From the NCBI GenBank assembly GCA_048013815.1, contig CM106585.1, positions 22,072,001 to 22,136,000 on the forward strand: a stretch of 64,000 nucleotides of DNA, read 5' to 3'. This document shows, piece after piece, positions 26,020-37,813 of this stretch. This DNA is from Setoptus koraiensis (taxonomy: Eukaryota; Animalia; Arthropoda). Position numbers and translations under genes: made by a program. Numbering within the stretch: the stretch's first letter is position 1; the number at the start of each line of letters is the position of its first letter. The notes beneath the pieces were generated by a model, which was given only the letters and a program-made list of their open reading frames with translations, was not told the DNA's origin and ran no database searches.

Positions 26020-26764
26020 TCAACCACACAACATACTGCTAGTACACGCACAAAAAAGCGACCTCGAACGGTTCTTAGTTGAACTACGGCTAAAGACATT
26101 TACACACGGTATTATGACGGTGAAATCAGCCATCAGCCAGCACACAAACGCAATCTCGCAAAGTTGGCTACAGGGTGCTAAAGATTGATTGCTTTGCGCG
26201 GCAACTTCACAAATATGAATATACTCGCACAGAGTATGCTGTTGTGCAGAATCAAGCATAGATTGTTGTGTTGTGAAAATAACATTGTTCAAGCGCAGTC
26301 GCTCATTTCAAACACACAGTGTGCTGCGCAATCATGGGAAACGTGCTGCACTCTGAATTATCTGCTCGTGCAAACATCATTCATGTGAAAATACAACTCT
26401 AATATATCACGACATGCACTAGTATATTAATTCAAGCTTCAATTCCTATTATCATTACATTATTACTATTATTATACTTACTAGCATTACTTACTGCTAA
26501 TTATTGTTGCTAACAATAATAGCATTAATTCATTTACTAATAAATAGGTGCCGTACAATATATTATTTATTTTATTGATGCAGAGCATTAGTAAATCCTC
26601 AACTATCGCACATCGGGCGTATTTATTATTATTACTATTATTAGTAACATCATCATCACACTGACTTAAATTATTTTACAAGCTAACGCTAGCCAATATA
26701 CAATACAGACAAAATATATTATTGACTAAATATATTAATATTATTACTATTAATAACAAACACG

Positions 26765-27391
26765 ATGGATCAATCAGCATCTCCAGATAGCGCAAAGTGG
26801 ATAACGCTCAATGTTGGTGGAAAATACTTCACTACAACTCGCGTCACATTATCCAAAGCTCCAAATTCTTTTCTACATAGATTATCGCTAAAATCATACG
26901 ACCGGGGCTTGGAATCAGACAAAGATGAAAAGGGTGCCTTTCTGATAGATAGGGACCCACTATATTTCCAGCCAATTCTAAATTATCTTAGACATGGAAA
27001 ATTAATATTAAACAAAGGGTTAGTTGAAGAGGGTGTCTTAGAGGAAGCAGAATTTTATAACATAACAGAGCTAATTAGACTAGTGAAGCAACGTATTGTT
27101 GAAAGAGACCAACAAAATACTGCTAATGAGAACAAGAAACACGTGTACAGAGTTATACAGTGTCATGAGGACGAACTTACTCAAATGGTTTCTACCATGA
27201 GCGACGGATGGAAATTCGAACAAATGATCAACATAAAACCTTTGTCCAACTACTCAAATGAACAGGCAGAGTTCCTTTGTGTTGTTTCAAGGGAATGCAA
27301 CGCTCCTCTAATGAATGGCAATAGAAAGCCAGAGTCTAATGATAGAGCTAAAATTATCCAGCAAAAAGCTTCAAGTTCTGTATTAAAATAA
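26765..27391 (+). CDS. KCTD5: BTB/POZ domain protein of KCTD2/5/17 (insomniac) type, single exon
   Basis: [60 protein letters not shown], and the C-terminal [27 protein letters not shown] signature. Confidence 0.92.
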   Translation: MDQSASPDSAKWITLNVGGKYFTTTRVTLSKAPNSFLHRLSLKSYDRGLESDKDEKGAFLIDRDPLYFQPILNYLRHGKLILNKGLVEEGVLEEAEFYNITELIRLVKQRIVERDQQNTANENKKHVYRVIQCHEDELTQMVSTMSDGWKFEQMINIKPLSNYSNEQAEFLCVVSRECNAPLMNGNRKPESNDRAKIIQQKASSSVLK

Positions 27392-27501
27392 CTAGTCAAC
27401 AAGCTCACAGCACTCTTTTTGTATATAAAAAACATGCCCTAAAAATTTTGACTTTTTTACTTATAAATTTAATCAGCTCAGAAAATCTATCATATGTAAC
27501 T

Positions 27502-30190
27502 TTACACTTCTGATTGATTATTTACACGATGACTTGTATGATTGTGGGCATAGTAGTTATTGCTTTGAGATTGCATGTATAACTCTTTATGAGAATTGTT
27601 GTCATAAAGGTAACTCTGTTTACTAACTTGTTGTCTCTGAGAGTAAACTGGGGCACGATCTTGAAGCTGTTGCTGATTTATGTAGGAATGTTGATGATCG
27701 TTTGGACTTCTTGTTTTTTCACGTGCTAGAGAAGAACATTGGTTGTCTTGTTCGTTCTCTTGTTGCTCGAAAATAGTTGAAGGTATTGGAAATGGTTTGG
27801 TCTGAGAAATTGGCATCAACTGAGGAGGCCCCACCAACGAGGCCACTAAAGTCTTCTCAATAGGTGTGCTGGCTGATGTGGAACTAGTTGTGCCTGAGAT
27901 AATGGTTACTTTGAGTGCTTCGATCTCTTTGCGTAGCACCTCTACCAGTGCTCTCCAGGCATTTCCTTCGGCTTTTTGTTGGGTTTCTAATTTGGCTAGT
28001 TTTTCTTTTGTCTCTTTGAGCTGGTCATTAATTTTGTTAGCCTGCAATTGTTCGTTTAATCTTCTCTTGATTGAATCGTTTTCTTTCTTTAACTCTAAAA
28101 TTAAGTCTCGTGCCTCTTCATTTTGTTTGTACATGTCATCTAGTTTGATTGTTACACTATCTAATTGACTTTTAAGACTAGTAGTTTCGAGGTCCAAATC
28201 TTTCATGATGGCTATAATATCAGTGATTCTGTTTTTCTTGCTTGCAAACATGTTATCATTGATTATATGTCTTAGTAATAAATCAATGTGGAATTCCCAG
28301 TTATTTTCATGTTCGCAACACTCTTCTTTAGTGCCCTATATATATAATATGATAATCAACGGTGTAGAAAGTGGAACAAGATTTACAAAAGTTAGCCATA
28401 CTACTTCAGTGGTAATACAGTAGTATTAGAACAACTCAATTACAGCTTGTGCTTACGGCAAAGGGACACACTGGATTGAACCGGCATGGTCGAGACTTTT
28501 TGTCACAAATCTCATAATGTTCCTCCAGTTCTTCCTGGATAAGATTATCTGATTGGCAATATTGACAGCTAACAGGCCTTTTTAGACAGACCCTTTTGTG
28601 TTCGGCCAAGGCATTCATAGCTATCTCTTCGTCGCAGAAATCACAATTTATAGGCCTGCAGTTTTGATGGTGAAATTGTAGAACTTGTCATCAATATCGG
28701 TGATTAACACTAGTCGAGAAATTTAAATGATTACCCATATTTCAATTTACCTTCTCGGACAGCTTGTCAAGTGGCCCATGGCCAGCGACTTGACAGTGAG
28801 ATCCTCTCCACAATTGAGCGGGCATTGCGCTCGGGCGTAGAGACAATCTTTTGTGTGCGCCTATTTAGTTGTTGTTGTTGTTGAAATACAAGTGACACAA
28901 TTGCATAAGATAAAATAAGTAATTATCATCATTAATATCATCTATTTCAATCAAATGAGATAAGATGAGTGAATTATCAAGATTGCTTACTTCGAGATCG
29001 TTTAGAGGCATACTCTTCTTGCAGCCCTGTGGCTTGTTCAAGCAAAATACTAGTTCTTTCGCCAGGTTAACAGTAGTAGATAAGTCACCTACGCTTTCAA
29101 GTTGCAATTGGGAAATCTGACAAGAGAAAGAGACGAATAAATTTCGTTAGTTGCTTTACTTGCATAGTTGAAATTTGAGGAATCATCATCTATTTAAACT
29201 GAACTTGACACATTTAACACAAAACATACAAACGCTGAAACTAACCTGATTGCTCAACATAAGCATACCATCATAGGGGCACTTTGCAGTGGTGATGTTT
29301 TGCTGATTTTGTTGTTGAAATCCTTCCTCAGTTTGTGTATTGAAAAATGCTAGTTTGCTTAAACTAGTTGAAGATCTTATATTATTAGTATTATTGTTGG
29401 TTGTTGTTACGCAATTGTTATTGTTGCTGAATAGACAGTTAGTGCACAATCTATGTTGACAACCAAATCGGTTATCGTGTAACTTTTTCGATTTGTCTGT
29501 ATTTGTGATTGTATCAAAGTAGGATATGGTACTATTATTGCCAATAGATCCGTGAGTATTAATATTAGACTTTTGTTGATGACGTTGCTGTTGTTGGTGA
29601 TGTTGCTGTTGCTGTTTCAATTGTTGCTGTTGCACGCTATTATTGTTGCTGCTACTGCTGGATCTCCATAAAACGAATGGCACTGAATGACAGTTATTGC
29701 ATGTCCAACAAATTTTATCTAGTAGATAATTTTGTATGACATCATTGACAAATTCCAAACTTCTCATCAAATGCTCTTTATTCCTAAAATTGTTGCTGGC
29801 TCCGCCGCCGCCGCTTGCATCGCCACTGCCAGTAGTAGTGGTGCTGTTGTTGTTTATATCGTTCAGTGAACTTCTTTTGCTTGCTTCGATGAAATTGCAA
29901 TCGGTTGCTAGTGGTAACCTTGATGGCGTTTCGGTTGTTATTTCAGTCAATCCTTCTCTGTTAGTGGCTTCCAGTATCAATCCACCATTGTCGCTACTCT
30001 GTTGTTGTCGTTTAAAAGTTGTTGCCAGAGGTAGTGTTGTCGTTGAGTTACTTCCCTCCTCTCCAGTGCCATTGTTTCTCGTTTTAGTTATAGTGGTTAT
30101 TGTGGTAGTCGTAATAGTATTTTCTGCTGTTTGTTGTTGCTGTTTTGTCGATTCAAAGTTCACTCGCTGTTGTTTGCTTGCAATGCTCAT
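27502..30190 (-). CDS. TRAF-like RING + TRAF zinc-finger + coiled-coil protein without MATH domain (about 737 aa, 5 exons)
   Basis: Exons 30190-29246, 29116-28991, 28860-28751, 28655-28457 and 28335-27502, all GT-AG and phase-consistent (2214 nt). RING ligands CNNC...CQHRLCTNC...CPYD; zinc fingers CLNKPQGC..L..LEAHTKDC, CPLNCG..HLTSC, CDFC..HKRVC, CQYC..HYEIC, CRFNPVCPFAG; then a heptad coiled coil. Confidence 0.78.
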
Positions 30191-32755
30191 CTTAGAGCAC
30201 GATAATGACTTCTCTCTGTCTCTCTCTCCCTCAGTCGTATTCTATTCCTTTTTACGTATGTCGTTATCTTTTTTTAAAAATTAACATTTTCATAAATGTG
30301 TGCATATTGTTGTTGATGATTCATTCAGATAGAAAAAATGCCAGAGTGTGTTGGCGCAATTGTTAATTGTCTTACACTCTTTATGACACATTCCAGGCAC
30401 GCACACACACCAATAAATTATGTGACCGCTTGAGCAGTTATCTCATTAATTAGAGGCTCTGTTATTGCTGGTCATTCATTGTATTCTGTCATAATGATGA
30501 GTTGCTACTACTGGTTGGTTAGTGGTTGAATTTGTTTGCTTTCATACAGAGTTCATGCAAAATTGTCTGCGGCAATCATTTGCATTCTTGCTAGATGCGC
30601 ATCGAATGTCCAATCACTAGTAGCCAGCAACAATATTGGTGATATAACAAGTAATTATGTCTCTGGTTCGTCGTGGTAAGCTAGACAAATATTATTATTA
30701 TTACTATGGTGTTTGCTCCTGAATGTGGAGTCTAGATATCAATTACGCTTGTGGTAGCTAATTGATGTTTGCTATAACTAAGGCATGCCCTTAATAATGA
30801 AAATAATAAAACAGTGATTTGCCAAATGAAACTAACTAATGTTTGTTTACGTTCAATGATGTCGATAGATCTCTCTATTGTGTGTGCGCCAAATTGCTAG
30901 TGTGTGTTGCTGTTGTGGTTGCACAATTAAATCTTTATTCCAGACACCATTTACTCATAATCTTGCTACAAATGTTCGCTATCTGAATAAAATACACACA
31001 CATTCCAGGATAGTTAGATATTTATCAAAACTATGCGAACCTTGCAAGTGGCTTCTCTCTCATACACGGACGTATATATATGTTGACTTACTTTGATCGG
31101 CTGTATTCTGAGCGACAACGATGCTGTTTTGAAATGATGATTCAATCACAAATACCATAAACTAATACAATGGTTAACTACTGCCACCACTAAATACACT
31201 AGTGAGCTTTTACCTACATCTTTTGGCTCTGGAAAATATAAGCGTTCATGTTGCTGGTTGTCGGTTTGTGTTCGCGTAAATTGATGTCTCTGTTTCTTTC
31301 TCTCTCGTTACGTTTTATCAAATGTGGAATGATGAAATCAGATCAGCAGAGACAATCGCACCTCGGTCAGTTGCGGCTATCTGATTTTGTGTGGCTCCGC
31401 AGTCATGAGTTTACACTGTACACGTAAACATATCTGTTCTTTTTCTTCTCTCTCTCTCGCTCGCTTAACACTTCTGCCTTTTTGTTGTTGACCAACTGGT
31501 CAAGCCTTCGCCTTCTTCTTTTTCATAGTGCTAGTAATAGTATATCCTTCTGCTTCTTCTTTTTACTCAATGATTACCGTTTATTCAGTTATAAGCTAAC
31601 ATATTCGTGTGTGTGTGTGTGTGAGAGAGAGAACCACTGCAGTCCACTCTATGTGAGAATAATCTGCCAAGCTAACGGGGCAACAATGGGCGAGCTGGCG
31701 AGTTGGACGCAGCCTGGCCACAGGTGGTAGTAGTTGCTCTGACCAAGCCTTTGCCTTACAATTATTAGATCGTGGATTCCGTGCGGCCATACTCACACAA
31801 GCATAGACAGCCTTGCTCATGTAGCCAAACAGCAACATCAACAACAGCGGCAACAACAACAACAAATGAAACTACAAAAAGCCAACAGCAACAACTCCGC
31901 CGGACGGAAGGTTATTGTTGCTTTGATTATTATTTCTCTCCCTCTTGTGCTGCTGTGAAGCGTTTCCACTGCTGCTGATGCAATCGTCTATGAAAATCTC
32001 GTCCGCATTAATGTAGCACTAGCAGTGGTAGTAGTGGTAATGTTGCTTTAACATAGTGTAGTGGCTAAACCATGTTCCTAATAGAGCGACAGGTTGAAAT
32101 TTGACCGACAACGACACGAAGACTGTTCGCTCGGCCATCTACCAACAAATAACACTGACTGCAAGGTGACCGAATCCATGTCCAGATTTTTTTTTCATGT
32201 TATGCCTTGTGGGTGCTTTGTGGGAGTTGCGGCTCACATCTAACTCACTGTCCGATGTTCTTCAATCAATTGCGAAATGACCGGCACGGCAATAATGGCT
32301 ATTTTTTTCAGTTGTTGTAAGTGATGCCAGCAATTATTGGACTAAAAGTTCAGTTTGAAATTTAGTTAAGTTTAGCAAGGGAAGAGATATCTGTTTAGTC
32401 AATTTGTTTCCGCAGTTTTTATTGTTCAATTATCATTCAGCAAAAAAAAATTCTTGCTTCAATGCAAATTGGGTTGATCGATTGAGTAACCGGTCTTCAA
32501 ATTCGGGTGAATTATTTATGGGTAATAAAATTTGACTTGCTAGTTATCATGGAAAGCGGTAAACCCATTCCAATTCATGTCAAGTTATTTTAAGATTGTT
32601 CGTCTTAAACAGCAACAATAGGATGAGCAAAACGTCGAACTATGCAAATTAAAATCAATTCTCGAAATGAAAACATAACCGAGACAATTTGTTGCGAGCA
32701 GTAAATCATGATTCTCGCATGGAGGTTTATTGGAAATAAAATTTTATCATTAAGC

Positions 32756-35013
32756 TTAATTTAATGGAGCTTGCTGAGTAATCTCTATTCTTTGCACGGT
32801 CATATTTGGATCCATCATTGTAGCCTCCTGAATTGCTTCAGCCAGAGCTAATTCGTGATCGACAGGATCGCCATCACTCTTTATAGTAATTTTGTGCTCG
32901 ACACGCGTTTCAACCATGCCATCTTTTTCCATCTTATACTGTTTATCGTGTTTGGTGAAGGAAGATAAATTGAGATTGTTACTATCATATATGTGAACCA
33001 ACATGGAGCCTGATCACGACTTCGCTAAGTGTATTGATCTTTTTTTGATTGATGTTACTTACTGTTAACGTTTCCACAGTATGAGTTTTACTAGATATAG
33101 TTTGAGACCTAACCATATCATCCTCATCATCTGGAGAAGGTGACTTGAGTGAAGCCACTGATGAGTTGGCAAACGATTGCGGCGGGGCTAAACAACTATC
33201 TGAATGCTTTGTTTCACCTCTTGAGTAAGAGTAGGACGGCTGTGGTATATGAATGTAAAAAAAAAGTGGGATGTCATTAGATTTTTACGAAAAATTTCAT
33301 GAGCAAAACCATTACTGGATCGTGGAGATCTTTAAATGTTTATCACGCACGCACCTTTTTCTCCATGAATGCTGCTTTCTTCGTCTCAGAGGTAGTTGCT
33401 GGCATGGAGGTTCTGTCAGTGGTATATTGTTGCTGGACTCTCTGAGGTCCTATGGATGATACAGGGGCAGCACCATATCTAACCATCTCACTGTAAATGA
33501 CAGGGGCGATATCATCGTAGTTACCACTGATAATCATATCTGACTTTCGATTATTATTTTCATAAACAGATTGTCTAGATAGTGATTCTTTGCTCTTAAA
33601 TCGATGGATGGGACTTTTTCTTTGCTCTTCTATCTTTTTCATTTCCATAGGTGGTAGAACAGCAACACCGCCTACAGGTCTTCTGTAAATAGGTTTGTCT
33701 TTCTTATCACTAAGTGATTCGTCTGTCAAGGACGGTGAAACACTATCATGAGTAGTAATGGAATTATAAGATATTGCATTGCCAGAGAGTGTTCTATCTG
33801 TTGCTTGACGACTGAGCCTGCCAGTGGCATTGTCTTCGTCATATTCAGGAAACTTTCGTTGACTTTTCACACTGTTGATATCCATTTCCGCAGATCGTCG
33901 CCCATTGTGTTGTCTCTCTAAAGTTTGATTGGCATTGTCGGCAGCGTGGTCGGTCCAGTTTCTGTTGCTGAACGTCCTCTGGAAATCAGGATGGGGTCGT
34001 TTAATTTGCATGCTGGCTTGTTTCGATTGGTGTTGTGTGCGGCCGGAGTATCTAAATTTTGATCCGAATTTGGGTAATAGAATTCTAGTTTTATTTGGTT
34101 CGTCTGGTGTTGTCAATCTGAAAAAGGTGTGATGTTCGACGCAGGTCTTCCACAATCGTTTAGCGGCAGCCAGATTGGCCAGCTTGAAGCCTATTGTGCT
34201 CTCGTATTGATCGAATTCGCCCGGCCTTATTCTAATATAGAAACTGTTTCTCTTATAGGATATCTTCAATATCTTAGGCCAGGCAAATCTATTTATTCTC
34301 AATCGGTCAATGTAAACAAATAGACCTGATGCACACACGCCTATGAGTATATCCGCTCCGGCTGAGTCGCTGGCCGAATGTAGATGCACACCGTACATGG
34401 CCAATCTGCGTGCATTCTCTAAATAGTGTATATCTGCCTCGGCCGATGTTTGTCCCTTATGTTGCTGATGCAATTCGGCCACTCTCACAACAAGCTCTTG
34501 AGTTTGGTGAGGTGCAAATTGAAAATCGTTGAGATAATCCGGACAATGGTGTTGCTGAGGATTGTAGTCGCCCAATTCTGATTGCACCATATAGGAGCCT
34601 AAGGCGGCGTAAGTAACTAGAGAGCATGGCAGCTGGCCGGTGAGTATATCCCGGCGAACCTGTAGACAGACAAAATATCTGGTGATGTCCTCGTGCAACT
34701 GTGATGGGTCCGGCGGGTAAAATTTGAGTTCGAAATACAATTGCACTGGCTTGCTGTTGTTGCGGTTGTTGTTTTGGTGACTCTTGAGCTGTCTGCCGAT
34801 GGGCTTTTCGTTGTTGAGCCAATCTTTGCCCTCGTTGGGGCACGACGACGACGACGCTTGACCAAACGACAATCCAAAATAGTCTTTCTCCAACAGGTTG
34901 ACATGGTCGCACACCTTGTCGAACAGCAGTTGACCCCTGGATTTTTTTATTTTGTCGATATGCACCTCTACGTCTGTGTTGTCCAGCAATACGACTTTGA
35001 TTGTTTTCTTCAT
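32756..35013 (-). CDS. cora: Protein 4.1 / coracle homolog (FERM, FA, 4.1 C-terminal domain), about 672 aa, 3 exons
   Basis: Exons 35013-33355, 33239-33063 and 32938-32756, all phase 0. FERM ([65 protein letters not shown]), FA ([11 protein letters not shown]) and CTD ([55 protein letters not shown]). The true start is uncertain. Confidence 0.92.
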
Positions 35014-35040
35014 GACTCTTGCTCAGATGCGGCTGGTGCT

Positions 35041-35120
35041 GTCGATGTTGTTGCCGTCGATGTTGTCGTCGATGTGGCCGTCGATGTTGTCGTCGGTGTT
35101 GTCGTCGATGTTGTTGTTGT
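35041..35120. repeat. Imperfect 12-bp tandem repeat (GTCGATGTTGTC)n just upstream of cora
   Basis: About 6 imperfect copies; they encode TTTS/TTTP/TATS on the minus strand. Confidence 0.8.
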
Positions 35121-35412
35121 GAACTGGTGCGCTCCAAAGTTGCAACCGAACCGCCGAGTTGTAGTCGCTTCGATGCGCAAAACCCAACTGAATTGTGTGC
35201 TCGCCATTTTCGCTTCGATGCGCACATTCTTTCGCTCATACGCTCACTTGTGCGCCACTGCGCAAGGTGGGCGTACATGGGCATTGTATGAGAAACACCG
35301 CCCAACAAGAAAACCCGCAACGTGTCCGCCCACCAATTTGCTACCACGCTCTAGTGCGTATTCACATCCCGTATCCCGACTGAACATAACCGCCGGCCCG
35401 TGCAATGCAGAT

Positions 35413-35435
35413 CCGCCGCCGCCGCCGCCGCCGCC
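35413..35435. repeat. (CCG)7 trinucleotide run in a GC-rich probable promoter/5' region
   Basis: Read directly; lies about 400 nt upstream of the cora ATG. Confidence 0.85.
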
Positions 35436-36870
35436 CCGGACCGCATTGCTGATAGCGGCACAAACGGTAGTGCGTCTGCCGCGGGAAATCAGTCTCGCCA
35501 AAATGTCGGTGAGTCACTGATTACTAATCACTGACGATGCTACAGTAAATACATTTATGAATGAGTAACTAATTGTCAATCGCACCACAATAATAACAGT
35601 TAGCCAATTAAAGTTGGGGCGCAAAACTTGAAACTTTTCATGCCTCAAAACGCGATTATCCTGGCACGAATCCCTGTCACAACAATTCACTATGTACACA
35701 TCGATTCACGTTATAATTTAGAAAGCGTGTTAGCTTTCAGTTTTTTATTATCAGTCATTTAATCGTTTGTTTGTGTGGAATTAGGACGCGCCACATATCC
35801 GTCCATCGGTTGTGGAATCAATTTAAGATATACATGACTAGCATGGCAGACCAATCTTGGAGTCGCAGTCCTAAAATGAGTAACGTACATGTCAATAATG
35901 ATTAGCACATTTCAAGTCAATCATGTCGTATTTTGTCGTTGCTAACAATAGTAAGTAAGTTGTAGGCTCGAAAAATACGAATTGGTCCCACATATTATAC
36001 GCTTTTAACACTGAGCAAACAAAAACGTGTTTACCTAAGACAATATTTACTATCTAGCGAGTGTCTAATAATTGGCTAGATATGCGCCGTTGATGCTGTC
36101 GATCGGATACAACTGTTTCTCTCATCTCTCATCTTGTGTATTGACTCGACTAGCACAGTAATCATAACAACTATTATTATCATGTTAGTGATGTAATCAG
36201 ATAACATCCTAATGTTAGCTGATAAAACAAAGTTATGTAATAATATTATGTCAGTTATTCGTCGTGTCAACTTGGATTGGCTAGCAATAAGAGCTAGCTT
36301 ATGCTCAACTACCATTAACCACCAACTTTGAGAGCCATGTATTTTGACTCACACATATACATACATACATACATACATATATAAATATATGTATAGATGT
36401 AAACTAAAATATGTGTGCCAAGTTTGGTAATTCCATCATCGACATCTTGTTTTTGATCGCCAACATTAACAGCAACAACAAACAGACAGCAATTGTCATT
36501 ATTACTATTATTATTGTTTTTACATCCTCTGTGTGGAACCATAAGCTATTTGCACTATACTTGTAATGATGTAATGACGATTTCAACTTTTCTGTCATAT
36601 AACCAGCATACGTTGGGTTTGTTTATGTGATAATTATTGTATAATGCAATGGATTGTTGCGTCACTAACAAGAGATTTAGTTATGTGAGTGAGTTCATCT
36701 AAACTTTAGTTTAAGTGAACAGTTTTATGAGCAGTAGTGGTGATGTTGGTTTTTTGTGTGTGACCATACCAGTTGACTATAGTGACATAATAATACTTTT
36801 TACTTTACACATCGCATATATGTGACGAAGATGATTATTATTATTATTATTATTATATTGAGCCCATTGA

Positions 36871-37813
36871 TTATTTAAAACTATTATTATCTATTTGAGC
36901 TTGTCGTGCTAGAGCATCTGCATAATTGGGAGGACTCGGCTCTTCGACATTCACCACAACGCTAAATTTTTGGCAGTTATATTCACTTTGATCTTTGAGT
37001 AATGGTCCATTTGAAGTTGGCATAGAACCATTGACGACGGCGCTGGTCAAATGACGCTGATCCTCTAACTTTGTCTCGTCATCCAATCTGCCAAGACGCG
37101 CCACCACAGCCACTTGAGTGTCATCGAAACTTTTTGTGGTCTTCTCTAGCGAACAACAATCGATACTGTTGCAACTGCAATCATTGGCTTTTAAAACAAG
37201 CACAGGCTTAGAATTTGTGAGGGCCGTGTAGTAATCTGGCGGTGGTGCTGACAATTCTGACACATTGTCACTCGATGTTTGATCTTGGGCACGAGTAGCA
37301 GTGGATGTAGTAGTGATGGTGAAGATGTCATTAATATTATTAGAATTATTAGTTGAATAATCTGCATTTGCACTATGGTGGTGGGGTTCATCGAGGTGAT
37401 GATTTTTAATTAGCCATCCAATGGTGGACCTGTTGTTATATTGTTATTGTTATGAACGATTATATTATATTTTAATACCAGGCAACTCAACGATAGGCAT
37501 TGTCTGCAAGGAGTATAGTATAAATACCGCCACTAGTATGAACCACTTACAATAGTATGAGAGAGGTCAATATAAATACCACAAACAATAGTATGGTTGC
37601 TTCGTTCATCAGTAGCATGCTCAATTGGCGACAACAAATACCAATCAGAAATAGTATACAACCTAAAACAAGTGGAGTGATACAATTCTGCCAAATAGTG
37701 TGAGTTTTAGTTGCAGATGATATTGAGGTCCGATGAGAGGAGCCAGCCTCCACCGATTCAAAAGAATGTCTGCCCAAGTGTTGAATGGCCATCACGGAAA
37801 ATCCCGTCGCCAT
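36871..37813 (-). CDS. Orphan two-pass membrane protein with two PPxY motifs (about 273 aa, 2 exons)
   Basis: Exon 1 37813-37551 ends TT|GTAAGT. Exon 2 37429-36871 follows CAG, and phase 2 joins both ORF-track fragments in frame (822 nt). Two hydrophobic helices, then a tail with APPPDY and PSPPNY. Confidence 0.7.

Noticed and set aside
25552-26388. Overlapping Cys-containing ORFs in the MED13/KCTD divergent region
   Set aside because: No consistent frame, splice model or recognisable domain; probably promoter/UTR sequence.
35503-35514. Plus-strand AAA-ATG-TCG|GTGAGT resembling a tiny first coding exon
   Set aside because: I could not find a matching downstream plus-strand exon, so it is unsupported.
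36076-36598. Two minus-strand ORFs with hydrophobic stretches downstream of the PPxY gene
   Set aside because: The hydrophobicity derives from AAT/GTT repeats, and I found no canonical donor/acceptor pair linking them. Possibly 3' UTR.
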